From the NCBI GenBank assembly GCA_030018265.1, contig JASEFX010000001.1, positions 53,532 through 117,531 on the forward strand: a stretch of 64,000 nucleotides of DNA, in the 5' to 3' direction. This stretch comes from Candidatus Saccharicenans sp. (GTDB lineage: Bacteria; Acidobacteriota; Aminicenantia; Aminicenantales; Saccharicenantaceae). Of this stretch, positions 48,135 to 58,232 are shown in pieces; position 1 is the first letter of the stretch; every line of letters starts with the position of its first letter. The position numbers and the translations under genes were made by a program. The notes beneath the pieces are model-generated. The model was not told where the DNA came from. It searched no databases and was given only the letters and a program-made list of their open reading frames with translations.

Positions 48135-48992
48135 TCAATCTCTTCGTAAAGAGAGCATCAAAACTGAACAGAGAATCAGCAGCCCGCCGAGGATGGTTCT
48201 GGCAGCCGGAATCTCGTGAAGGAAAATATATCCAAGAACAATTCCGTAAACCGGTTCAAGAGTGCTGATCAGACTGCTCAGTCTGGCTTCGAGAAACTTC
48301 AACCCGCTTATAAACAGAGTGTGAGCGCCGGCGGTGCAGACGAGGCCGAGAAAAAGAAGCCAGAGAATCCGGTCAAGGCTGAAACTCCAGCTCACCGGTC
48401 TGGAAAAAACCAGCGGCAGCAGGAAGATAGCCGCCAGCAAATCCTGGTAAAAAGCCAGCACCGGACCCGGATGTTCGGGAGAGAGTTTTCTGTTAATGAT
48501 TGTAAGAAAGGCGAACGACAGCCCGGCCAGAGTTCCCCAGATTATTCCAAGAAAAATTCTGTTGCCGGGGTTAAATTCCGGAACCATCAGCCCCACCCCG
48601 AGAAAACAAATCAGGGCGAAGGCCAGATAGGAATTCTTAAATTTTACTCCAAGGAGCCAGGGCTCGAGAAAAACAGTAAAGATGGGGAAAGTCGAGTAAG
48701 AAAGAAGACCAACGGCCACGGTCGAAAGCTGAACTGAAAGAAAAAAAGCCGTCCAGTGAAAGGCCAGTAAAATTCCCGATATAAAAAGAAGAATTTTCGG
48801 CCCTGTCCCGGCGACAAGAGGTTTTGTTTTCTCGATGACTAAAATCAGGAGCAAGCCGACGGAAGCCAGCAACACCCTGAACCAGGTGAGTTCCAGCGGG
48901 CTTAAAGGCAGAATTTTCCCGATTACTCCAGGAAAGCCAAAGAAAAGAACGGCCAGATGTATCTGGAAGAGGGCCCGCGTTTTTGTTTTCAT
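48135..48992 (-). CDS. EamA/DMT family transporter
   Basis: About 10 TM segments, with HWTAFF, TAGAHTLFI and LEPVYG motifs. Confidence 0.9.
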   Translation of the reverse strand: MKTKTRALFQIHLAVLFFGFPGVIGKILPLSPLELTWFRVLLASVGLLLILVIEKTKPLVAGTGPKILLFISGILLAFHWTAFFLSVQLSTVAVGLLSYSTFPIFTVFLEPWLLGVKFKNSYLAFALICFLGVGLMVPEFNPGNRIFLGIIWGTLAGLSFAFLTIINRKLSPEHPGPVLAFYQDLLAAIFLLPLVFSRPVSWSFSLDRILWLLFLGLVCTAGAHTLFISGLKFLEARLSSLISTLEPVYGIVLGYIFLHEIPAARTILGGLLILCSVLMLSLRRD

Positions 48993-49132
48993 TTTCTGGT
49001 TCTGAAATTTTATAAAATCAGCGGCGAAAAATCACCTGCGACCTGGAAAATTGATTCAGAAAGCAGGTTTGAATTTTGAGCCGCTTGTGGTAAGATAACG
49101 AAGGAAATTCTGCAATATCTGAATTCGAAAAA

Positions 49133-50875
49133 ATGATTCCCGAAAATCAGGATAACAGAAAGCCAGCTTACCTGGTTCTCGCCAGAAAATACCGCCCGAA
49201 ACAGTTCCACGAAGTGGTCGGACAGGAAGCGGTGGTCAGAACCATCCAGAACGCCATCAAAGAAAACAGAATAGGGCATGCCTACCTTTTTTCAGGCATG
49301 AGAGGTGTGGGGAAGACCACGGTTGCCAGAATCCTGGCGAAAGCGCTCAACTGCGAGCATGGCCCGACTCCTGAACCGTGCAATCAGTGCTTCATGTGTC
49401 AGGCGATCAACGAAGAATCCCTGCTGGATTTCATCGAAATAGACGGAGCCTCGAATCGGGGAATAGAAGACGTCAAAGCACTCAGGGAAAGCATTCAGTA
49501 TGAGCCGATGCACAGCCGGTATCGGGTGATAATAATAGACGAGGTGCATCAGCTCAGCCGTGATGCTTTCAATGCTTTGCTCAAAACACTGGAAGAGCCT
49601 CCGACCAGAACTGTCTTTATTTTTGCCACCACCGAATTTCATAAGGTGCCTAAAACCATCGCCTCGCGCTGTCAGCATTTTGTTTTCAAAAGGCTGAGCG
49701 TTCAGCAGATCGTCGACCATCTGAAATTCATTGCCGAAAAGGAGGACATAGAAATCAGTCCGTACAGCCTGAAACTCATCGCCGAAGCAGCTGACGGCAG
49801 CCTTCGCGACGCTGAAACACTGCTCGATATGGTGATTTCTTTCAGCGGCTCTCGTGTTCAGGATAAAGATACCGAGGAAGTGCTCGGTGTCATCAACAGA
49901 AATCTTTTTGAAAAAATGGCCGGAGTTATTCTGCGCGGTGAAAGCGAGCAGATCTTTCCGCTGATTGACTCGCTGGTGACAGCTGGAATAGACCTTAAAT
50001 ATTTTTACAGCGGGCTGATCGAATATTTCCGGCAGCTGCTTCTGGTGAGAATTTCCTCCAGACCGGAAAACTTTCTTCTTCTGTCGGCAGAGGAAATCAA
50101 GAAAATTCGGGAGATGGCTGACGATTTCAGAGCGCCGGAACTTCTCCGTTATCTGCTCATGCTTCAGGACGGCGAAAGCGGGCTGAGATACTCCAGCCAG
50201 CCGAGAATCTTTCTCGAAGCCTGGTTGCTCAAGCTCTGTTATTTGAAAGAGCTCAGGCCGGTGGAGCAGGTGCTTCAAAATTTGACTGCCCGGAAACCCG
50301 GCACTGCTGGCTCGCGGGTTGGAGAACCCCCGCCGACATCTGCTAAGATGGATGAAAGAAAACACGCCAGGAATCTTACCGGTTCGAGAAGCTCCGGTCC
50401 GAAAAACCACCTGAATTCTAATACGAACAACGGACCGGCTGTATTCCCTGACGAAATGGTCAATAACTTTTATCTACGGGTGATGAAAGAAAAGCCGGTG
50501 CTGGCTCCTATCCTGAAAATGGCCAGCCGGGTTGAGGTCAACTCCGGTAATCTTCTGCTGAACTTTACCCGTGACAGAAAACATTATGCCGATCCGGTAA
50601 ATCAGAGTTTACCGTACCTTAACCGGCTGTGGCAGGAACTGGGTGGACAGGCGGTCGAACTTAAACTCGACGGAGAGGCCTACCCGATTTCCGGCACTGC
50701 TCCTTCTTCACCTGAACGGACGCCGGACCCGTCGGTCAAAGAGACTTCTCCGCCTTCCCTCAGAAATTTCCGTGACGAAGAAGCCAGAAACCTTCTGGAT
50801 GACCCGAAAGCCAGAGCTCTGATGAATTCGCTTAAAGCTCAGGTAATCACTGTAAAGAAAAAGAACGGAACTTAA
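49133..50875 (+). CDS. dnaX: DNA polymerase III subunit gamma/tau
   Basis: LARKYRP, GMRGVGKTT, Zn module, IDEVH, LKTLEEPP and SRC motifs. Confidence 0.97.
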   Translation: MIPENQDNRKPAYLVLARKYRPKQFHEVVGQEAVVRTIQNAIKENRIGHAYLFSGMRGVGKTTVARILAKALNCEHGPTPEPCNQCFMCQAINEESLLDFIEIDGASNRGIEDVKALRESIQYEPMHSRYRVIIIDEVHQLSRDAFNALLKTLEEPPTRTVFIFATTEFHKVPKTIASRCQHFVFKRLSVQQIVDHLKFIAEKEDIEISPYSLKLIAEAADGSLRDAETLLDMVISFSGSRVQDKDTEEVLGVINRNLFEKMAGVILRGESEQIFPLIDSLVTAGIDLKYFYSGLIEYFRQLLLVRISSRPENFLLLSAEEIKKIREMADDFRAPELLRYLLMLQDGESGLRYSSQPRIFLEAWLLKLCYLKELRPVEQVLQNLTARKPGTAGSRVGEPPPTSAKMDERKHARNLTGSRSSGPKNHLNSNTNNGPAVFPDEMVNNFYLRVMKEKPVLAPILKMASRVEVNSGNLLLNFTRDRKHYADPVNQSLPYLNRLWQELGGQAVELKLDGEAYPISGTAPSSPERTPDPSVKETSPPSLRNFRDEEARNLLDDPKARALMNSLKAQVITVKKKNGT

Positions 50876-50903
50876 AAATAAAATCTTTTTCAGAGGGAAT
50901 TTG

Positions 50904-51215
50904 ATGAAGAATTTAGCCGAACTGCAAAAAATGTTAAAAGCGGCTCAGGAAATGCAGGAGAAAATTCAGAAAGAACTGGCTGAAATGAGGGTGGAGGGGT
51001 CGAGCGGCGGCGGTATGGTCACTGTGGTGCTTGACGGGCAGAAAAATTGCCTGGAAGTGAGACTCGACCCGGAAGTGGTCAATCCTGATGATATCGAAAT
51101 GCTGCAGGATCTGATCGTCTCGGCTTTTCGCGATGCCGTCTCTAAGGTAGAGGCTGAGGTTCAGGAAAAAATGTCCCACTTAGCTGGCGGGCTGAAACTT
51201 CCCGGGCTTTTTTAA
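50904..51215 (+). CDS. ybaB: YbaB/EbfC nucleoid-associated protein
   Basis: GSSGGGMVTV and DIEMLQDLI motifs, in dnaX-ybaB-recR synteny. Confidence 0.95.
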   Translation: MKNLAELQKMLKAAQEMQEKIQKELAEMRVEGSSGGGMVTVVLDGQKNCLEVRLDPEVVNPDDIEMLQDLIVSAFRDAVSKVEAEVQEKMSHLAGGLKLPGLF

Positions 51216-51228
51216 CGGAGAAACCTGA

Positions 51229-51834
51229 ATGTTTGAATACGCCAGACCTCTTCACGAACTGATCGAACAGCTGAGAAAATTCCCCGGCATAGGGCTGAAA
51301 TCTGCCCAGCGCATGGCTTTCTACCTTCTGGGACTTCCGGCAGAAGAAGTGGACCGCCTCGTCCAGGCCATCAATGAGGTGAAGAGCAAAATATTTTACT
51401 GTTCGATCTGCAATAACATAACTGATGTTGACCCGTGTTTACTGTGCACTGATCCCCGAAGGAACGATGAACAGCTGTGTGTGGTCGAAGAGCCTTTCAA
51501 CGTAGCTTCGATAGAAAAAACCGGAGTTTATTCCGGTCGCTATCACGTTCTGCTGGGTTCTCTTTCTCCGATGAAGGGAATAGGTCCCGACGAACTTAGA
51601 CTGGAAAAGCTGGTTTCCCGGCTGAAAAACGGGAATTTCCAGGAAGTGATCATCGCCACCAACCCGACGATGGAAGGAGAGGCTACCGCTTCTCTCATCT
51701 GCCAGCTTTTGAAGGACCTGCCTGTCAGAATCACCAGGCTGGCCATGGGTTTGCCGGTTGGGGCCGACCTGGACTATGCCGACCAGCTTACCATCAGGAA
51801 AGCTCTTGAGGGGCGGACTGAACTTAAATCCTGA
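51229..51834 (+). CDS. recR: Recombination mediator RecR
   Basis: PGIGLKSAQR, C4 Zn finger, YHVL and ATNPTMEGEAT motifs. Confidence 0.97.
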   Translation: MFEYARPLHELIEQLRKFPGIGLKSAQRMAFYLLGLPAEEVDRLVQAINEVKSKIFYCSICNNITDVDPCLLCTDPRRNDEQLCVVEEPFNVASIEKTGVYSGRYHVLLGSLSPMKGIGPDELRLEKLVSRLKNGNFQEVIIATNPTMEGEATASLICQLLKDLPVRITRLAMGLPVGADLDYADQLTIRKALEGRTELKS

Positions 51835-51863
51835 GAGCGGTTGTTAGAAATTTCAGACTTTTT

Positions 51864-51872
51864 TGGTATAAT
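51864..51872 (+). promoter_or_regulatory. Extended -10 promoter for nifJ
   Basis: TGGTATAAT about 25 nt upstream of the start, followed by the AAGGAG RBS. Confidence 0.6.
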
Positions 51873-51896
51873 AAAACGTTTAATTTATAAAGGAGA

Positions 51897-54800
51897 ATGG
51901 CAATGGCTAATAAAAATTTTAAGGCGATTGACGGTAACACCGCGGCCGCTCATGTGGCTTATGCCTATTCGGAAGTAGCCGCCATCTATCCGATCACTCC
52001 ATCTTCCAACATGGGAGAGCTGGTGGACGAATGGGCAGCTCAGGGGCGGAAGAATATCTTCGGTCAGCCTCTCGAAGTCATCGAGATGCAGTCGGAAGCC
52101 GGAGCTGCCGGGGCGGTACACGGCTCTCTCAGCGCCGGTTGTTTGACCACCACATTTACCGCCGCCCAGGGCCTGATGCTGATGCTGCCGAACATGCACA
52201 AGATAGCCGGCGAAATGCTGCCGACCGTCTTTCACGTTTCAGCCCGTTCGCTGGCCTGCCAGTCGCTCTCGATTTTTGGCGATCACTCTGATGTGATGTC
52301 TGCCCGGAACACCGGATTCGCTCTGATGTGCTCCGGTTCGGTGCAGGAAGTCATGGACCTGGCCACTGTCTGTCACCTGGCCACTCTTAAAAGCAAAGTT
52401 CCCTTCCTACACTTTTTCGACGGTTTCCGCACCTCGCATGAAATCCAGAAAATAGACGTAATTCCTTATGAAACCTTAGCTTCGCTGTTTGAACTTGAAT
52501 ACCTCGAAGATTTCAGGAAAAGAGCTCTCACTCCCGACCGACCGATGATGAAGGTCGGCGCGCAGAACCCGGATGTCTACTTTCAGGGTCGTGAAACTGT
52601 AAACAAATACTATGCGGCCACTCCGGCCATAGTTCAGGAATACATGGATAAGCTGGCGAAGGTCACCGGCCGGCAGTATCATCTGTTCGATTATTTCGGC
52701 GCGCCCGACGCCGACCGGGTGATAGTGATCATGGGTTCGGGAGCCGAAACAGTCGAAGAAACCATAGATTACCTGAACAAAAACGGATACCGGGTTGGAC
52801 TGGTTAAAGTTCGTCTGTACCGGCCATTTGATGTTGAAGCTTTCAGAAAAGTTATTCCCGCCAGCGTGAAAAAAATCGCTGTGCTCGACCGGACAAAAGA
52901 ACCCGGCGCGATAGGCGAACCCCTTTATCTTGACGTGGTTTCCGCTCTGGCCGGTCGCGACATCAAGATCATCGGCGGTCGTTACGGCCTGTCTTCCAAG
53001 GAGTTCACCCCGGCGATGGTGAAAGCCGTATATGATCATCTGGATGGAGCCTGTTTCCATGGATTCACTGTCGGTATTGAAGACGACGTTACCGGACTTT
53101 CGATTCCGGTCGGTCCGGTTCTGGAAACGGAACCCGCCGGAACTGTCCGCTGCAAATTCTGGGGCTACGGGTCTGACGGCACGGTCGGAGCCTGCAAAAA
53201 CTCCATTCAGATCATCGGCGACAACACCGACCTTTACGCCCAGGGTTATTTTGAATACGATTCTAAAAAATCTGGCGGCGTTACCATTTCCCATCTGAGA
53301 TTCGGCAAACATCCGATAAAATCCGAATACCTGTTAAACACGGTCGATTTCGTCGCCCTTCATAAACCGGCTTACATCGGCCGTTATGACATACTGGAAG
53401 GTATAAGGGAAGGCGGAATTTTCCTGCTGAATTCACCGTGGAAAAAAGAAGAAGTTTTTGAACATCTGACCGAGGATATGCAAAAGACCATCATCGAGAA
53501 GAAGATTAAAGTTTACACCATAGACGCTTTCAAAATTGCCAGAGAAGTTGGTCTCGGAAACAGAATCAACACCATCATGCAGGTTTGCTTTTTCAAAATT
53601 TCCGGAGTTCTGCCGGAAGAACAGGCTATCGATTTGATCAAAAAGGCGATTTACAAGACCTATCACAAGAAAGGCGAAGACGTGGTTAAAAAGAACATGG
53701 AGGCCGTTGACCGGGCGCTCTCAGCCCTGGAGGAAGTCCCGGTGCCGGAGAAAATCACCAGGTCGGCTCCGACTCCGCGTCTGATCCCCGAAGATGCTGA
53801 CGAATTTGCCCGCTACATCATTGATCCCATCATGCATTTCAAGGGCAATTCTATCCCGGTTTCCAGAATGCCCTACGACGGCCGGATCCCGACCGACACG
53901 GCGAAGCTGGAAAAAAGAGGCATTGCCGAACTCGTTCCGCGCTGGCTGCCGGAAAAATGCATTCAGTGCAATCAGTGCGCTTTTGTCTGCCCGCATGCCG
54001 CTATCAGAGCAAAACAGATTCACCCGGATGACCTGAAAAACGCTCCTGAAACCTTTACCACCCTGGTCTCCAACACCAAGAATGACAGGAATCTGAAATA
54101 CCGGCTGCAGGTCTACATCGAGGATTGCGTCGGGTGCGGCGTTTGTGTTGAGGTCTGCCCGGCCAAGGAAAAAGCTCTGATGATGGTACCCATTGAAGAT
54201 GAAAGGGCTGCCGGTCAGAACGACAATGAAAAATTCTTCGAAAGTCTCCCTGACAGTTATCTTGACGGTGTGAAGATTGACACCATCAAGGGCTCTCAGT
54301 TCCTGACGCCGCTTTTTGAGTTCAGCGGAGCCTGCGCCGGATGTGGCGAGACCCCTTACATCAAACTGGCCACCCAGCTTTTTGGTGACCGGATGATCAT
54401 TGCCAACGCCACCGGTTGTTCTTCCATCTACGGCGGCACCTTCCCGATTTCACCTTACTCCAAAAACAAGGAAGGCAGAGGACCGGCCTGGGCCAACTCT
54501 CTGTTTGAAGATAACGCTGAATATGGTTTCGGGATGAGACTCGCTGTGGATTCGCTCAGACGTCAGCTCTGGGCCAGCATGAACGCGGCGATCGAGGCCG
54601 GGACGCTTCCTGAACTGGTGGAAGCCTTCCAGAAGATGAAAGAACTGTGGAATGATAAAGGCGAGGAAGCCAGAGCCACCGTCAGGAAGATAAAAGAATT
54701 GTTGCCGAAAGCTCTGGCCAGAAACGATGCCGCTAAACCTTATCTGACCACCGTGGCCGAGTTGCAGGATTACTTCATCGACAAGAGCATCTGGTGTATC

Positions 54801-55424
54801 GGCGGTGACGGCTGGGCTTATGACATCGGTTTTGGCGGGCTCGACCACGTAATCGCCATGAACCGGAATGTCAACCTGCTGGTTCTGGACACCGAGGTTT
54901 ACTCGAACACCGGCGGCCAGGCTTCGAAAGCTACCCCGACTGGCTCGAGAGCCAAGTTCGCTTCCTCCGGAAAAAAGACGGTGAAAAAAGACCTGGGCCG
55001 GATGGCCATGAGTTATGGCTATGTTTACGTGGCATCCGTGGCGATGGGAGCCAACATGCAGCAGTGCCTGAAAGCTTTCCTGGAAGCTGAAGCTTATGAC
55101 GGTCCTTCGCTGATCATCGCTTACTCGCCCTGCATCAACCACGGTATCGACATGAGCAAGTCGCAGCTGGAACAGAAGCTGGCGGTGGAAAGTGGATACT
55201 GGATCCTGTATCGTTACAATCCGATGCTGGCCAGAGAAGGCAAGAATCCGTTCATCCTCGATTCGAAGGAACCTAAAATGGAGTATGAGGCTTTCCTGAA
55301 GAATGAAATTCGTTACCGTTCGGTTCTCCAGGACTATCCGGATATAGCCAGAAAGCTGTTTGATCAGGCCGCGGAAGAAGCTAAAAAGAGATTCGAATAT
55401 TACAAAAAGCTGGCTGAAGGCTGA
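51897..55424 (+). CDS. nifJ: Pyruvate:ferredoxin (flavodoxin) oxidoreductase, single chain
   Basis: YPITPS, SEAGAAG, two 4Fe-4S motifs, FSGACAGCGE, GGDGWAYDIG and YSNTGGQ. Confidence 0.97.
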   Translation: MAMANKNFKAIDGNTAAAHVAYAYSEVAAIYPITPSSNMGELVDEWAAQGRKNIFGQPLEVIEMQSEAGAAGAVHGSLSAGCLTTTFTAAQGLMLMLPNMHKIAGEMLPTVFHVSARSLACQSLSIFGDHSDVMSARNTGFALMCSGSVQEVMDLATVCHLATLKSKVPFLHFFDGFRTSHEIQKIDVIPYETLASLFELEYLEDFRKRALTPDRPMMKVGAQNPDVYFQGRETVNKYYAATPAIVQEYMDKLAKVTGRQYHLFDYFGAPDADRVIVIMGSGAETVEETIDYLNKNGYRVGLVKVRLYRPFDVEAFRKVIPASVKKIAVLDRTKEPGAIGEPLYLDVVSALAGRDIKIIGGRYGLSSKEFTPAMVKAVYDHLDGACFHGFTVGIEDDVTGLSIPVGPVLETEPAGTVRCKFWGYGSDGTVGACKNSIQIIGDNTDLYAQGYFEYDSKKSGGVTISHLRFGKHPIKSEYLLNTVDFVALHKPAYIGRYDILEGIREGGIFLLNSPWKKEEVFEHLTEDMQKTIIEKKIKVYTIDAFKIAREVGLGNRINTIMQVCFFKISGVLPEEQAIDLIKKAIYKTYHKKGEDVVKKNMEAVDRALSALEEVPVPEKITRSAPTPRLIPEDADEFARYIIDPIMHFKGNSIPVSRMPYDGRIPTDTAKLEKRGIAELVPRWLPEKCIQCNQCAFVCPHAAIRAKQIHPDDLKNAPETFTTLVSNTKNDRNLKYRLQVYIEDCVGCGVCVEVCPAKEKALMMVPIEDERAAGQNDNEKFFESLPDSYLDGVKIDTIKGSQFLTPLFEFSGACAGCGETPYIKLATQLFGDRMIIANATGCSSIYGGTFPISPYSKNKEGRGPAWANSLFEDNAEYGFGMRLAVDSLRRQLWASMNAAIEAGTLPELVEAFQKMKELWNDKGEEARATVRKIKELLPKALARNDAAKPYLTTVAELQDYFIDKSIWCIGGDGWAYDIGFGGLDHVIAMNRNVNLLVLDTEVYSNTGGQASKATPTGSRAKFASSGKKTVKKDLGRMAMSYGYVYVASVAMGANMQQCLKAFLEAEAYDGPSLIIAYSPCINHGIDMSKSQLEQKLAVESGYWILYRYNPMLAREGKNPFILDSKEPKMEYEAFLKNEIRYRSVLQDYPDIARKLFDQAAEEAKKRFEYYKKLAEG

Positions 55425-56738
55425 TTACTTTTTAATCAACAGGACTTCAAACGCCCGGCCGGGCTCAAAAGCTGACCTGACCAGCTGATTGAGCTCGGTC
55501 GGGTTAATTTTTTCTATCGAATCGAGGAAGCCGTTGTAAAAATCAACGTCCAGCCCGCTGGCCAGGAGGGTCGACAGAAAACTCAAGCGATTGTCCCGGT
55601 ATAAAGATTCACGCAGATAGCTGGTTCTGGCCTGCCTTCTTCCGGCTTCAACAATTTCCGGCTCCAGGCCGTGCTGACTCCAGAGGGCAAACTTCTTCTT
55701 AAGCAAATTCAGAGCGGTTTCAGCCTTATCCTCTTCTGTTTCCAGATAACAGATAAATATGGTCTTCGCGCCAAGCAGTTCCAGGCGGCAGTTCAGGTTG
55801 TAGGCAAGAGCTTCTTCCTGGCGGAGAGACCAGAGCAAGGAGCCAGGTCCCTGTCCGATTATTTTTTCCAGAACATAGGCGGCTGGATAAATTCTGGCCG
55901 CCTCTCCCGGAAGAACATAACCCAGAATCACAGATGCGCCCGGAGGACCCTGATATAAAGCATTTTCCTCAGAAGCTCTGGCAGCTGCATCTGAAGCCAC
56001 AGGTTCTTCGCGGGAAGGCGAGCGTTCCTTTTTAAGCCAGCTGAAGCTTCTGGAAATCATTTCCAGCACAGTTTTTTTTTTCAGGTCTGTTATCACCAGC
56101 AGGCTCAGGCAGAAAGCGTTGACAGCATTTTCATAAAACTGTCTTATGTCTTTCCTGCTTATGGAAGCTAAATCAGATTCAAATCCATAAATGGATTGCC
56201 CGTAGGGACTTCCCGGGAAAATCTGTCGTCGAAGAAGTATCAAACCTGTATCTATTAACCGGCAGGATTCTAGCCGCGATTGTTTTCTGAGAGCTCTTTT
56301 CAGCGCGTCTATTCGCGGGCCAGAAAAGATCGGGTTTCTGATTCCTGCGGCCACCGTGCCCAGCGTTCTCTCGAGATGCGGGCTGAGACACTCAAACTGG
56401 ATAGCCGAGTAATCCGCCCGGCTGCCACCGTTCAGGTTAACCCCGTTAGCCAGAAGCTCTAACAAGCGGTCTTCCTCGGGCACCTCGGCCATCAACCTGG
56501 TGGTAAGATAGGCCAGACCGCTCTGACCCGGTCTCTCTAAGGTCTGACCGCCCTGAAAATGAAAAACCACCGTGGTGTATTTGATCTCTGAGTCCTGCTG
56601 GTAATAAACCCTGAGTCCATTTTCCAGGGTGATCTTTTCAAAGCTCAGCGGCTGGGCCGCAAGCCCGGGGCATAAAAATAGAAAATGCAGAAGAATCAGC
56701 CCGATAAAAAACTTCCATCTGAAGCCGTATTTTCTCAT
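55425..56738 (-). CDS. Peptidase M16 family, non-catalytic subunit
   Basis: LENGLRV and LWSLRQEEALAY (R/Y pair) motifs. HxxEH is replaced by YLTTR. Signal peptide. Confidence 0.8.
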   Translation of the reverse strand: MRKYGFRWKFFIGLILLHFLFLCPGLAAQPLSFEKITLENGLRVYYQQDSEIKYTTVVFHFQGGQTLERPGQSGLAYLTTRLMAEVPEEDRLLELLANGVNLNGGSRADYSAIQFECLSPHLERTLGTVAAGIRNPIFSGPRIDALKRALRKQSRLESCRLIDTGLILLRRQIFPGSPYGQSIYGFESDLASISRKDIRQFYENAVNAFCLSLLVITDLKKKTVLEMISRSFSWLKKERSPSREEPVASDAAARASEENALYQGPPGASVILGYVLPGEAARIYPAAYVLEKIIGQGPGSLLWSLRQEEALAYNLNCRLELLGAKTIFICYLETEEDKAETALNLLKKKFALWSQHGLEPEIVEAGRRQARTSYLRESLYRDNRLSFLSTLLASGLDVDFYNGFLDSIEKINPTELNQLVRSAFEPGRAFEVLLIKK

Positions 56739-58177
56739 TTTTCTTCAGGTTTCACTATCACCCATACCGGTTTTACTCCGGAAAAATATTTCCTGGCGGT
56801 TTTTCGCAGGTCTGAAGAGCTCAGCCTGTCAATAGCCTTCAGAAAATCAACCTGAAAATTCCGGTCGTGCAGAAGGAGATGCCTGGCGAGTGAGCCGGCC
56901 AGTGTCAGCGGACTTTCCATCATTCTTTCGGACAGCCATTGAAAGCGGTTTTTTCCTCCCTGCAGATAGTCGAAGACCAGAAACTGCTGGGATGGCAGGT
57001 AATCTTTGCTGGAATAATTAATTTCCGCCAGCTTCGGCAGAAAATTGACCAGAGCCCGTCTTACAGCCGGAACTCTGTCCTCTGCGGTGGTTAAAGAAAT
57101 CAGGGCCAGCCCGGCGCCTTCATGGGCTAAATAATGGAAACGGGCTGAGGTGATCAGGTCCGGCTGGACGGCAAATGCCTGGAAGAGGAGAGGATTCAGG
57201 CCCTGACCCAGGATTTCGCTCAGCATATCCATGGCCACACGGTCAGCGCTGGAATATTCAGGAGCCGGGAACCCGACCATCACATAAGTCTCAGAAATCT
57301 TCATCCTCAGATGGACCTCGGGGCCATGGGTGGCGAATTTTGCCTGGACCGGGCGTTCAGGTTGCCTTTCAGCTGGCGGCGTCAGCTCGGAAAAAATCCT
57401 CTTTATTTTTTCGGCCGTTTCTTCTGGCTTAAAATTGCCGGTGACGACCAGAGCCGCCCTGTCAGTCCGGAAAAGCTTCCGGTGAAAATCCTGAAGCGAT
57501 TTGAGTTCTGCTTTTCTTACTACCGTCTCGTTTCCATAAACAGGAAGCCCATAACCGGAATCAGGGAAAGCCAGCTCATAGACTTTAGCCAGTCCGACTT
57601 TTTCCGGCCGGCGGGCGACGTCGGCCAGTTCTTTCAAAAGAACCTCTTTTTCCTTCTCGAGCTGTTCCTGCGTAAGATTAAGGTTGAAAACAACTTCCTT
57701 AAGCAATTCCAGCCCTTTTTCCAGAAACTCTCCGGGCAGCGAAATTTCAAACAACATTAAGTCCTGTTCGGTAAAAGCGTTGTAATGGATTCCATATTCA
57801 GCCAGCAGGTGAAAAAGCCTGTTCTCCTGAAGGAGGTGCGTCTGCCGGAAAAGAAGGCAGTGTTCGAGCAGGTGAAGAAGACCGCTGGTTTCTGGGGTTT
57901 CGTAGACCACACCGGCTTTCACCGCCAGGACAGTTGCGGACAGAGGAAAGCGGGGCTGAGGGAGAAGATAAACCCTCAGTCCGTTTTCCAGACTGAATTC
58001 TAGTGCAGTGGTTCCATTCGAAAGTGCGGCGTGAGCTGCAGGTGAAAATCCTGACAGAAAAAACACAGATAAAAGCAGGATAAGAAATTCAGCCCGGAAA
58101 ATTATTTTAATCAACCTTAAAGGAAAAATCTCTGGCCCTCCTTCATAAATATAGCTCAGCTTCCGCTGGGGGTGCAA
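56735..58177 (-). CDS. Peptidase M16 family, catalytic subunit (start uncertain)
   Basis: HLLEH Zn motif, NAFT and EKEVLLKE. Signal peptide. Confidence 0.85.
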   Translation of the reverse strand: MHPQRKLSYIYEGGPEIFPLRLIKIIFRAEFLILLLSVFFLSGFSPAAHAALSNGTTALEFSLENGLRVYLLPQPRFPLSATVLAVKAGVVYETPETSGLLHLLEHCLLFRQTHLLQENRLFHLLAEYGIHYNAFTEQDLMLFEISLPGEFLEKGLELLKEVVFNLNLTQEQLEKEKEVLLKELADVARRPEKVGLAKVYELAFPDSGYGLPVYGNETVVRKAELKSLQDFHRKLFRTDRAALVVTGNFKPEETAEKIKRIFSELTPPAERQPERPVQAKFATHGPEVHLRMKISETYVMVGFPAPEYSSADRVAMDMLSEILGQGLNPLLFQAFAVQPDLITSARFHYLAHEGAGLALISLTTAEDRVPAVRRALVNFLPKLAEINYSSKDYLPSQQFLVFDYLQGGKNRFQWLSERMMESPLTLAGSLARHLLLHDRNFQVDFLKAIDRLSSSDLRKTARKYFSGVKPVWVIVKPEEK

Positions 58178-58232
58178 CTTTTTTTCAAAATTACTTTTTT
58201 TGAGGTTATGAATGATATGTTAAAATTACAGC

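Noticed and set aside
50200..50500. Programmed frameshift site in dnaX (gamma/tau)
   Set aside because: I saw no A AAA AAG heptamer or long A-run after domain III.
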